64,000 nucleotides of DNA. Origin: an uncultured delta proteobacterium (GTDB taxonomy: Bacteria > Myxococcota_A > Polyangia > Polyangiales > Polyangiaceae). Of this stretch, positions 19,265-28,469 are shown piece after piece; the stretch's first letter is position 1; every line of letters starts with the position of its first letter. Under the pieces are notes generated by a model. It was not told the DNA's origin. It saw only the letters and a list, made by a program, of their open reading frames with translations, and did not search any database. The stretch lies in the NCBI GenBank assembly GCA_963696385.1, contig CAVOKF010000004.1:384001-448000 (forward strand). The letters are read 5' to 3'. Position numbers and translations under genes: made by a program.

Positions 19265-20773
19265 CTAATCCACACTTCCGAGTTTGCGCTCGATGGCCTC
19301 GATGTGCGCGCGCACCTCGGGGTCGTTCGAGCGAAGGGCCTCCACCTTGCGAACGGCGCTGATGATGGTCGTGTGGTCGCGATTTCCGAACGCGCGACCA
19401 AGCTCGGGAAAGCTGCACTTCAAGCGCTGCTTGCACAAGTACATTGCAACGTGGCGGGCGAACGCGATGCTCTTGTGCCGATCTTTCGAGAGCAGATCGG
19501 TCGATCGAAGCTTGAAGTGGTGGCAGACGACGCGCTGAATGTCCTCGACGCTCGCTTCGTTGGGGCGTGACGTCCCGGTCGCCGCAATCTCGGTGCGCGC
19601 GAAGTCGAGCTCGATCGGCTTGCCGAGCAATGAGGCCTTGGCCGCCAGGCGGATGAGCGTTCCTTCGAGCTCCCGAACGTTGCTTCGAACGCTTTGTGCA
19701 ATGTACACGCATACGTCGTCGGCGAGCTCGATGTGCTCGAGTTGGGCTTTCTTTCGGACGATGGCCACGCGGGTCTCGAGCTCGGGCGCCTGGATGTCGG
19801 CGACCAGTCCCCATTGAAAGCGCGACACGAGCCGCTCCTCCATCTTGTCGAGCTGCTGAGGATACTTGTCGCTCGTGACGACGATTTGCTTGCTCGCCTG
19901 GTGGAGTGCGTTGAAGGCGTGAAAGAACTCTTCCTGCGTTTGGGTCTTTCCGGCCAGAAAGTGAATGTCGTCGACCAGCAGCAGGTCGCATCGATCGCGG
20001 TATCGAGCGCGAAAATCGTGCATGCGCTGATCGGTCAGCGCTTGAACGAACTCGTTAACGAACTTTTCGGCGCTGATGTAGACGATGCGGGCTTCCGGCC
20101 GTTCGTCGCGAACTCGGTGGGCGATGGCGTGGACGAGGTGCGTCTTTCCGAGACCGGTGCCGCCGCAGACAAACAGCGGATTGTGCCGCCTGCCGCCCGC
20201 CCCCGCGGCGGCCATCGATGCAGCGTGGGCGAGCTGGTTCGAGGGGCCGACGACGAAGTTCGCGAAGGTGTATTTTCCGTTGAGGCCCTCGAGGAGGGGA
20301 GCGAGAGCGAGCGCGCGCGACGGCAGCCCTGGCGGAGTCGAGCGCCGAACGCCACCCTCTCCCGGCCGAGACATGGAGTCGTCCGGAGCGGGTGGTCGGA
20401 CCGACAAGGCGCGCGGCTTGACCGGTGCAAAAGGCGCGGGCCGGTCGGCGACGGGGCGATCCAGCGCCCCGTCGATGGTCCAACGCACTTGAATGCTCAG
20501 GCCCGTGTTCGCCGCGAGCCGCTCGCTCAACGTGGGCAAAAAATAGTCGTCGACCCATTGCCGAACGAAGTCGTTGCGCGCTCGCAGCGCGAGCACACCG
20601 TCCGTCAGGCCGTCGAATTGAACTCCGGAAAACCACTGATCGAAGCTCGCGGGCGATTTTTCGCGCGTGAAAGCAACGGCCTCACCCCAGCTCCGCTCGC
20701 CTGACATCGAAGGCACCTCACGCACACGACCCAGGGGTGTTCCATCCAAGTCGCCGTGCTCGTGGATGGGCAT
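19265..20773 (-). CDS. dnaA: chromosomal replication initiator protein DnaA
   Basis: Domain I FDQWF; YTFANFVVGPSN, NPLFVCGGTGLGKTH, LLVDDIHF, TQEEFFH, RELEG, RDHTT; start may instead be 20707. Confidence 0.96.
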   Translation of the reverse strand: MPIHEHGDLDGTPLGRVREVPSMSGERSWGEAVAFTREKSPASFDQWFSGVQFDGLTDGVLALRARNDFVRQWVDDYFLPTLSERLAANTGLSIQVRWTIDGALDRPVADRPAPFAPVKPRALSVRPPAPDDSMSRPGEGGVRRSTPPGLPSRALALAPLLEGLNGKYTFANFVVGPSNQLAHAASMAAAGAGGRRHNPLFVCGGTGLGKTHLVHAIAHRVRDERPEARIVYISAEKFVNEFVQALTDQRMHDFRARYRDRCDLLLVDDIHFLAGKTQTQEEFFHAFNALHQASKQIVVTSDKYPQQLDKMEERLVSRFQWGLVADIQAPELETRVAIVRKKAQLEHIELADDVCVYIAQSVRSNVRELEGTLIRLAAKASLLGKPIELDFARTEIAATGTSRPNEASVEDIQRVVCHHFKLRSTDLLSKDRHKSIAFARHVAMYLCKQRLKCSFPELGRAFGNRDHTTIISAVRKVEALRSNDPEVRAHIEAIERKLGSVD

Positions 20774-20959
20774 TGCGGCCTGCGCCAATTCACTCGACAA
20801 CCAACCAACTTCGACGTTCAGCCCCATGACCCCAGTCCCTTCGCGACAAATTCCCAAAGCTCCGCTGCGATGCGCTCGCGGGCCAAGCGGCACCGGGGCT
20901 CGCCGGCCCTCAGCGGCCTACCCGCACCCCGTGCAACGAACACCAGCGGTCACCACACG

Positions 20960-20980
20960 TTTTCCACAACCTGTGGATAA
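20960..20980. promoter_or_regulatory. inverted pair of DnaA boxes upstream of dnaA
   Basis: TTTTCCACA (20960-20968, 1 mismatch) and TGTGGATAA (20972-20980, perfect reverse complement of TTATCCACA). Confidence 0.8.
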
Positions 20981-21634
20981 GGATAGAGGAGTAGCCCAGC
21001 CTTTCAGCAGACAATGATGAGGAGTATCGATGCGATGGCGCGAAACGCGTCAGGGATTGGACGGCGCCCAATCTCGCCGATCGCCCGCGCGTTGGAGAGG
21101 CTTGGAAGGATCACCTCGTGCCAGGCAACCCCATGTGAGAGCATCTCGTAGGAGGAGCCCTTTCGGACCTACAAAAACCGGTGCTCCGAAGTCTCACAGA
21201 GTGAGCGTGAGACGCGGAGGAACCGGAAGAGAAATGGCATCTCATCGGACGCGGTGACGACTCCCATCATTGGATCCAATGAGAACGCGCATGGAGCTAC
21301 CACCCCCGCTCGCCGTGCGTCCATGGCTTCGTTGTTCGGGCTCTCAAGGTGGCGGAAACACGGGTGTTTTTTTCGTGCAGTGCACCCGTGAGGAGGCGTT
21401 CGCCGGGGCGTCACGATCGCCTTCAATGCCGAAGTCGGCGTTATGGCTTTCGAATCCGCCGTGGTGCATCGAGCTCGTCCTTCGCGGTGGCCGTTTTTGG
21501 CTCAGGCGCGGTGTCAAGAGTCGACGAGACGGCGTCTTTTGCGCAACAGACTCGAGACCGAGGGTTGCCGTGGCGTCATGTTCCGCGCCGGCGGAAAACT
21601 CGTCGGGCGTTGCTGCCGCTGTTAGGGTCGTGCC

Positions 21635-22621
21635 GTGCGTACCCTGGGAGAAGCGGTAGTCGTTTCGGCTACCGCGCTCGGCTCACTGTTGTTCGCATCG
21701 GGGAATGCGGCCGCGGCTCCCATGTCGATCTCACCTGAGCAGGCGTACGATCTCGGAGAAATCCCGAGCGCCCGGGCGGTTGGCATGGGCGGATCGCTCA
21801 ACGCCCTTGGGGTATCGACGAGCTCGCTCTACTTGAACCCAGCCAACCTGCCGCTCGCGCGCGTCTATCACTTCGAAACGCTGGCTGCCTATATCCCCGA
21901 GGCAAGTCGGCAGACGTATGGCCTTGCAGTCGCCGACTCCATGACCGGCAAGCTCGCGGGAGGTGCGGCGGCGACCTGGTCGCTGCTCGACCCGAGCGGA
22001 ATTCATCGAACGTGGACCGATATACGGGCCGCGTTCGGCTTTCCGCTGGGAGATCACCTTGCGCTCGGGGCTGCCGCTCGCTGGCTCCGCGTCGAGCAGG
22101 ACGCTTCCGCGGGCCCGTTCGGAGCCAGTCCTGCGTCGAGCGGGACCGCGAACGCTCCCATCTTCAACGCGATCACGTTCGATGCGGGAGCGACCGTCAG
22201 CATCGGAGACGGATTTCGAATGGCGGCCGTGGGTCACAATCTGACGTTCACGAACACTGCGCTGGCCCCGACGACCGCCGCCGCGGGCGTCGGTTACTCC
22301 GCCCAGGTGTTCGCGATCGAAGCGGACGGATTGCTCGACTTCACGACCTGGGGGAACACGCGCGGCCGCATCATGGGAGGCGGCGAGCTCTTTCTCGCGG
22401 ACCACTACGCGATCCGCGCGGGGTGGCGCTACGACGGCGGGACGAAGCTCAACACGCCCTCGCTCGGTTTCGGTTACATCGACCCGCACTGGAGCGTCGA
22501 GATCGGGGCTCGCCGCGATATCGAGGCGGAGCATGCGTCCACGCTCGCGGTCCTGTCGCTCCGCTACTTTTACGATCCCAACGCCTCGACGTCGCCGGCC
22601 GATCAGCTGGGCGGGTTCTAG
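21635..22621 (+). CDS. outer-membrane beta-barrel protein (PorV/FadL-like)
   Basis: Signal peptide; ARAVGMGG...SSLYLNPANL N-terminal motif; amphipathic beta strands. Confidence 0.65.
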   Translation: MRTLGEAVVVSATALGSLLFASGNAAAAPMSISPEQAYDLGEIPSARAVGMGGSLNALGVSTSSLYLNPANLPLARVYHFETLAAYIPEASRQTYGLAVADSMTGKLAGGAAATWSLLDPSGIHRTWTDIRAAFGFPLGDHLALGAAARWLRVEQDASAGPFGASPASSGTANAPIFNAITFDAGATVSIGDGFRMAAVGHNLTFTNTALAPTTAAAGVGYSAQVFAIEADGLLDFTTWGNTRGRIMGGGELFLADHYAIRAGWRYDGGTKLNTPSLGFGYIDPHWSVEIGARRDIEAEHASTLAVLSLRYFYDPNASTSPADQLGGF

Positions 22622-22741
22622 TCTCTAGGTTCTAGGAGTCCGTTTTTTGGCCCTGCGGATCCATCCGCGGGCGCGCGGCTCCCGCGTGCGCCCCTCGCCG
22701 AAGCGGCTTTGGGGACGGGCGACGGACGGGGCCGACCGCCG

Positions 22742-23881
22742 TCACATCGAGGCACGATACAATGCGGCGAGGTCGTCGCGTGCGGTGGCGCGCGGGTTGC
22801 TGCGGTGGCACGCATCCTCGAAGGCTTTGTCGCTCAGCCTGGGCACGTCCGCTTCGGTCACGCCCTCGAATCGAAGGCCGCTCGGGAGCCCGACGCGTTC
22901 TCGCAGGCCGCGCACAGCGTCCGCGCAGGCGCCGGAACGCGGGTTCAAGATGGCCCGGATGCGGTCGAGCTTGGCGTGCACCGCAACCTCGTTGAACTCG
23001 ATGACGGCGGGAAGGCAGAGCGCATTGGCCAGGCCGTGGTGCAACCACTTCTCGCTCGAAAGCGGGTGCGCCAGCGAATGGCACGCGCCGAGCCCCTTTT
23101 GGAAGGCGACCGCGCCCATCATCGCCGCCTTCATCATGGCGCCCCGCGCGACCAGGTCCTCGCCGTGCTCGACGGCGCGGACCAGATGAGCCGCGCAAAG
23201 CTCGAGGCCCCCGAGTGCGATGGCGTCGGCCATGGGGTGGTCTCCGATCGAAACGAATGCCTCCAAGCAGTGCGTCAATGCGTCGAACCCGGTGGCCGCG
23301 GTCACACGAGGCGGCATCGACCGGGTGAGCTCCGGATCGAGCAGGGCGGCCCTGGCGAGTAAGTGCGGGCTGAAGATGACCGTCTTGCGCCCGGTCGCGG
23401 CGAGCGTGACCACGCCCGAGCGGCCCACTTCACTGCCCGTGCCGGCCGTGGTCGGAATCGTGACGACCGGAGCGACGTTCGGGCCGATGAATTGGCCGCC
23501 ATCGGCGGCATCGTCGTAGTCGGCGAGCGGTCGATCGTGCGTCGCTCGCAGAGCAATGAGCTTTCCGCAGTCGAGGGGCGACCCACCGCCGACGGCCACG
23601 ACGCACCCGGCGCCGTGCTCGCGGAACATCGCGGCGCCGTCGATTACGTTTCTTTCGACGGGATTCGGGTCGACGCCGTCGAAAACGACGGTGGAGACCC
23701 CCCCGTCGTCGAGGATTTGGCGCACGCGCGCGGCGATGCCGACGCGCACGATTCCCGGGTCGCACACGATGAGGGCCCGTGTCGCGCCGATCCGCCGAAC
23801 GTGGTCGATGACGGTCGACACCGCGCCGACGCCGAACCGAATCGTCGTCGGAAAAGCCCACGTGACGAGCGAGTCCGTCAT
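22742..23881 (-). CDS. iron-containing alcohol dehydrogenase
   Basis: GGGSPLD, PTTAGTGSE, DALTHCLE, HSLAH, HHG. Confidence 0.93.
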   Translation of the reverse strand: MTDSLVTWAFPTTIRFGVGAVSTVIDHVRRIGATRALIVCDPGIVRVGIAARVRQILDDGGVSTVVFDGVDPNPVERNVIDGAAMFREHGAGCVVAVGGGSPLDCGKLIALRATHDRPLADYDDAADGGQFIGPNVAPVVTIPTTAGTGSEVGRSGVVTLAATGRKTVIFSPHLLARAALLDPELTRSMPPRVTAATGFDALTHCLEAFVSIGDHPMADAIALGGLELCAAHLVRAVEHGEDLVARGAMMKAAMMGAVAFQKGLGACHSLAHPLSSEKWLHHGLANALCLPAVIEFNEVAVHAKLDRIRAILNPRSGACADAVRGLRERVGLPSGLRFEGVTEADVPRLSDKAFEDACHRSNPRATARDDLAALYRASM

Positions 23882-23899
23882 GGGCCTGGGGCTAGCACG

Positions 23900-25249
23900 T
23901 CAAACCGCCTCGAAGTAGCGTCCGAGCTCCCAATCCGTGACCGCCCGGTCGTACTGGCGGCATTCCCAATCGCGGGTTCGGGCATAGTGATCGACGAACG
24001 CCTCGCCGAGGAGCGCAGGAGCGATGCGGCTCGCCACCAGCCGGTCGGTCGCTTCCCGCAACGTTCGGGGCAGCGGTGCGACCTCGCCTCGGTCCGACGC
24101 GTTGCCCTCGATGGGGGGCGGGGCTTGCGTGGCGTGCTCGATGCCCCATAGTCCCGCCGCCAGCGTCGCGGCCATAGCGATGTACGGGTTGATGTCCGCT
24201 GCAGGTTGACGGTGTTCGACGCGGGTCGATGTGGCATTTCCGGGGATGGCGCGGATGGCGCACGTTCTGTTCTCGATGCCCCAACTCGCGTTGGTCGGCG
24301 CCCAGACGCCGGGTACGTACCGCTTGTAGCTGTTGATCGTCGGCGAGATGAGGGCCGTGAGCTCGGGCATGAGCGCAACCTGCCCGCCGATGTAATGCTG
24401 GGCGACTTGGCTCAGGCCGTGCGGGCTGAGCGCGTCATGGAAGGCGTTTCGTCCTTCCCTCCAGAGGGAATGGTGCAGGTGACCGCTCGATCCGGGGAGC
24501 GCGGCATTCCACTTGGCCATGAACGTCACGGAGTAGCCGTGCCGTGCGGCGACCTGCTTGAGCGCGGTCTTGAACAGCGCGGCTTTGTCGGCCGCGCGCA
24601 GCGCCGAGTCGTATCGGATGGCGGCTTCGTAGACCCCCGGCCCGGTCTCGGTATGCAGACCCTCGATCGGGATCCCGAAGCTCGCGAGATCGTCCAAGAT
24701 CGAGTGGCAGAAGCTGGAGTTTTGGCCCTCGCGCACCCACGAATAGCCGAACATGCCGGGCGAGATGGACTCGAGCTCGCGGAAGCCTTTGGCGTGCAGC
24801 GACTGCGGCGACTCCTTGAACACGAAGAACTCGAACTCGGCCGCGAGCACGGGATCGAAACCGAGAGAGAGCGCGCGCGCGATGACCTCGCGGAGGACTC
24901 CGCGCGGGCACGCGGGATGGCGAGAGCCGTCGTTTCGCACGAAGTCCAGCAAGAACGCGGCCGTGTCCGGCTCCCAAGGCAGCACGCGAAAGGTGGATGG
25001 ATCCACCCGCGCCCGAGTATCGGGATATCCCGTGTGCCACCCGGTCAGTCGCGCGTTGTCGTAGAGGGCGTCGGCGGCGTCCCAACCGAAGATCACGTCG
25101 CAGAAGCCGATCGGCTCCTGGAGCGCACCCCAAAATTTGTCGAGCGCCAGGTACTTGCCGCGCAAGATTCCGTCGACGTCGTAGCCGCCGACTTTGACCT
25201 TGCGAATGCCGTGGCTGTCGAAGGCCTCCTTCAGCTCTTTCGCGTCCAT
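23900..25249 (-). CDS. glutamine synthetase-family gamma-glutamyl ligase (PuuA-like)
   Basis: EFEFF, HTETGPGVYE, TFMAKW, GSSGHLHHS, NSYKR, ENRTCAIR, RVEHR. Confidence 0.9.
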   Translation of the reverse strand: MDAKELKEAFDSHGIRKVKVGGYDVDGILRGKYLALDKFWGALQEPIGFCDVIFGWDAADALYDNARLTGWHTGYPDTRARVDPSTFRVLPWEPDTAAFLLDFVRNDGSRHPACPRGVLREVIARALSLGFDPVLAAEFEFFVFKESPQSLHAKGFRELESISPGMFGYSWVREGQNSSFCHSILDDLASFGIPIEGLHTETGPGVYEAAIRYDSALRAADKAALFKTALKQVAARHGYSVTFMAKWNAALPGSSGHLHHSLWREGRNAFHDALSPHGLSQVAQHYIGGQVALMPELTALISPTINSYKRYVPGVWAPTNASWGIENRTCAIRAIPGNATSTRVEHRQPAADINPYIAMAATLAAGLWGIEHATQAPPPIEGNASDRGEVAPLPRTLREATDRLVASRIAPALLGEAFVDHYARTRDWECRQYDRAVTDWELGRYFEAV

Positions 25250-25309
25250 GAACGCGAGTGTATCGCGGTTTGGGCAACGGCTTCGGCAACGCGTGCCGCG
25301 TCGAATCGC

Positions 25310-27472
25310 TCAGGGAGCCAACTTGACATAGCCGTCGACGATGGTTTCGTACGCAGCGGTCAAGAAGAGTCGCGCGTCGGCTACCGACTCGGGCGGATCG
25401 CCCGGTGCCGCACTGGCAAAGTCACGCTGTTCGGCGTGAAACTGCGCGCCGATGATCGGCCATGCGCGGTCGCGGGAGCGGAATGCCTCGGTGACGGTGT
25501 CGCACCAACCCGGTCCGTGCGGATTCGGGAACCCGCCGTCACGCGGTCGCGCGGGAACGACGTTCGGACCGCAAAAGGCGCTCGTCGCGAGGATCTCGAA
25601 CCGCTGCAGCGGCCCCCCCGGCAAAAACGCGTCGGTGCGGATGGCGTCGGAGTGGGACTCGGGCAGCGCCTGAGTCGTCGAGCGAAGCTGCGGGCCCGCC
25701 AGGTCGACGAAGAGCGGATCCTCTGGCACGAATTCGACCTTCGCGCGCAAAGGGTGCGGATCGGTCGGCCAGGCCCGTTCGAAATCGGCGGGGGGCGCAA
25801 ATCCCCGGATCGGGCGTCCGCTCGTTCGCCGCAGCACACGATCGATCGTGCGAAGATCGTCCTCGATGGGCGCCGGCTCAGCTCGGCGTGCCTCGAGCAG
25901 AGCCAAGATTTGCGCCCCTCCGCAGAAGCCGAGAAAGGGCGTCACCCGATTTCTGACCGCACCCACCAGTTGGCCCATGCCTCCGGATCGAGCGTCACGC
26001 AACGGGTCCCAATGCCAGCGCGACGGCTGCGCCGGGTCCGGCCCGGTCTCCGTTGCGTAGTCCCAATCGTTCGACCCACTGAGGACGGCGATCGGAGGGG
26101 GGCTGCTGCCCGCGAGAAACGGCTCGTCGAGCTGGGGGTCGTCGCCTTCGATCGACTCGAGCGCCTCGCCCGTCTGATCGCGTGCCGGCGCGTCCAGGGG
26201 GTCACCGTGCGCACCCAGCGATCGAGCGTACCGATCGTCGGCCCGGAGGACCGGCAGCAGCGGAGCGAACCGACTCTGCAAGAACTTCGCGTGGTACGCG
26301 TCGTTGGTGAGTTCGGCCCCGGGCGTAAGCTTGGACTGCCCCGCCGGGTTCGCGTTGACGCTCAAGATCCACGGACTGGCCAGAATGGGTCGCGGGTCGT
26401 CGGCGCGATACGCCGCGATCTCGCGCACCACCGGGACGGCGCCCACCTCAGGCACGCCGGTGGCGCCGGTGGCCCCGACCATCACCAAGCGCAGCGCCAT
26501 CACCGGGTGAGGTTCCGAAATCGTCAGCAGGCGCCGACGGACGGGCACGATGGAGCCGTCGCTCCGCACGGGCTCGACCCCGATCGTCCGGAAATGCCTG
26601 CCGTCTTCGCTGATTTCGACGGCGTAACGGATCGGTGCCCACGCGATGGCGTAGTTTCGCCCGCCCCCGGTCCGCGGCACGCTGGTGGCATCGAAGCCGA
26701 GCACGATGCGCACTCGGTCGATCGGCTGCGGCTTGGACCAATCGACCCGGAGCGTCCAGCGGGCCTTGCCGGGAGCACCCGCCCAGCGGCGCGCGTAGGA
26801 CCCGTCGATCGCATCGGCGGCGCTAAAGCCGGGGTAGGCACCGTCGTCGCTCGCCCGGCCGTCGCGCGAGACATCGCGCGCGCCTTCGATCGCCTGCACC
26901 TCCCGAAGCACCGGCGGCCCGGCGTTGGTTCGGTCGATGACGAGGCGAAGACCGCACGCGTCCACGTCGACGAACCAGGAGCGACGCGTCGGCTCGGCGA
27001 GCGCGTCGCGGGAGGCCGAGCTCGATGGGTCGGAGCCGTCGACCGCGGTCCAGACGCCGTCATCGGACGTCGACATCGAATCGCACGTCCGGCCATCGAG
27101 CGTGGGCTCGCGGACTTCCCAACGAAAGGAGGTGGGGACGCCGCTCGTCGGCGAGTTGCCGAAGTGGGCTCGGATGAGTCCGAGGTGCACCGGGTGCGCA
27201 AATGAGGCGCTCCACCGCCACTGGTTTTCGCCCGCGCGGCCCGCCCAGACGGTTTCTTCGCGACCGTCGGCGGCGAAACGCGCGTTGTCGCCGGTGGGAT
27301 TGGCCGCGCGGACCGCCAAGAGCTCAGGGGCGTGCAGCGCGTCGAGCAGCGCGCTGCGCTCGTGGGCGCTCACCAGCGCGCCCGCCGACGCCGAGCGGGT
27401 ACTGGACAGCGCGATCGGAAGCGTCGCCCCGAGCGAGACGACGGTCATGCTGACGAGCGGGGTCCAACGCAC
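25310..27472 (-). CDS. exported protein: two discoidin (F5/8 type C)-like domains + class I glutamine amidotransferase/peptidase C26-like domain
   Basis: Signal peptide; AADGREETVW and AIDGSYARRW...YAVEISEDGRHF; GFCGGAQ and QFHAE catalytic motifs; start uncertain (27448-27628). Confidence 0.7.
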   Translation of the reverse strand: MRWTPLVSMTVVSLGATLPIALSSTRSASAGALVSAHERSALLDALHAPELLAVRAANPTGDNARFAADGREETVWAGRAGENQWRWSASFAHPVHLGLIRAHFGNSPTSGVPTSFRWEVREPTLDGRTCDSMSTSDDGVWTAVDGSDPSSSASRDALAEPTRRSWFVDVDACGLRLVIDRTNAGPPVLREVQAIEGARDVSRDGRASDDGAYPGFSAADAIDGSYARRWAGAPGKARWTLRVDWSKPQPIDRVRIVLGFDATSVPRTGGGRNYAIAWAPIRYAVEISEDGRHFRTIGVEPVRSDGSIVPVRRRLLTISEPHPVMALRLVMVGATGATGVPEVGAVPVVREIAAYRADDPRPILASPWILSVNANPAGQSKLTPGAELTNDAYHAKFLQSRFAPLLPVLRADDRYARSLGAHGDPLDAPARDQTGEALESIEGDDPQLDEPFLAGSSPPPIAVLSGSNDWDYATETGPDPAQPSRWHWDPLRDARSGGMGQLVGAVRNRVTPFLGFCGGAQILALLEARRAEPAPIEDDLRTIDRVLRRTSGRPIRGFAPPADFERAWPTDPHPLRAKVEFVPEDPLFVDLAGPQLRSTTQALPESHSDAIRTDAFLPGGPLQRFEILATSAFCGPNVVPARPRDGGFPNPHGPGWCDTVTEAFRSRDRAWPIIGAQFHAEQRDFASAAPGDPPESVADARLFLTAAYETIVDGYVKLAP

Positions 27473-27681
27473 GAACCGTGGGTGACGGACTGCAGGGCGC
27501 GCGTCGTCGCCGCTTGTCGCGCATTTCATCGCTTTCGTTGCACGTCCGTTGAACGATGACGCCACGTCACGCCTCGGAATTTCGTGTTCGGATACGGTTC
27601 GGATACGGGTTTGCAATCTAGCGCACAAACTCGAATCTTCGCCCGTTCATTCCCGTCCGCGCCATCCCAGGTCCAATCCCC

Positions 27682-28290
27682 TCATTCCAGGTGATGGACG
27701 TCGGCGATGCGGACGAGCATCGGTCCCCGATCTCCGAACTCGAACGAGGTGATCGAAGCCGGGGGACATGCGACGTGACTGCGGAAGCGACCGAGCGGCA
27801 TGCCGAGCAGCGCGCACACGATGACCCGAATGGTGGCCTTGTGGCTGACCAGCATGACGTTGCCCTTCGGGTGCTCTCTTCGGGCGAGCAGGACGACGGG
27901 AAGAGCGCGGGCCGCGATCGCAAAGGCGCTCTCGCCTCCGGGCGGGGATACGAGCGCCGGGTCGGTGCGCCACCCCTCGAAGGCCTCGGGCTGCTCACGG
28001 CGGATGTCGGCCTCCGTACGCCCTTCCCAGGAACCGTAGGCAATCTCGCGAAGTCCGTCCGAGAAGGTGGGCCGAAGCTGGCATGTCTGCGCGATCGGCT
28101 CAGCCGTGGCGCGCGCCCGCAGCTTCGGGCTGCAGTAGAGCGCGTTCAACCCGAGCGGCCTCGCCGCGCGAGCGACCCGCTCCGCTTGAGCGACGCCATG
28201 GGCCGTGAGCGGCGGATCGAGATCGCCGCAAAAGATGCCCTCAGCAGCTTGCGTCGTCTCGCCGTGGCGGACCAAGTGAAGCGTGAGCAT
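27682..28290 (-). CDS. histidine phosphatase family protein (CobC/GpmB-like)
   Basis: RHGET, SPKLRA, LREIAYGSWEG, GGES, VSH. Confidence 0.9.
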   Translation of the reverse strand: MLTLHLVRHGETTQAAEGIFCGDLDPPLTAHGVAQAERVARAARPLGLNALYCSPKLRARATAEPIAQTCQLRPTFSDGLREIAYGSWEGRTEADIRREQPEAFEGWRTDPALVSPPGGESAFAIAARALPVVLLARREHPKGNVMLVSHKATIRVIVCALLGMPLGRFRSHVACPPASITSFEFGDRGPMLVRIADVHHLE

Positions 28291-28469
28291 GCCGATCCAC
28301 CCTATAGGACGACGCGGGTCATCCGCGTACCCCCCTTCGCGTGGGTGATTCCTCGCCACGTTTCGGCCAGCCCAGCGGCCGTCGTCCCGTCGACACCGCA
28401 CGTTGCGGCGAATGTTCGAACCGCGCCGCTCTCGCGGCGGCCTTCGGCGCGCGCGACGCGCGCGCGCAC

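Noticed and set aside
21489..21517. TTGACA on the minus strand as the dnaA promoter
   Set aside because: No acceptable -10 hexamer at 16-18 nt spacing
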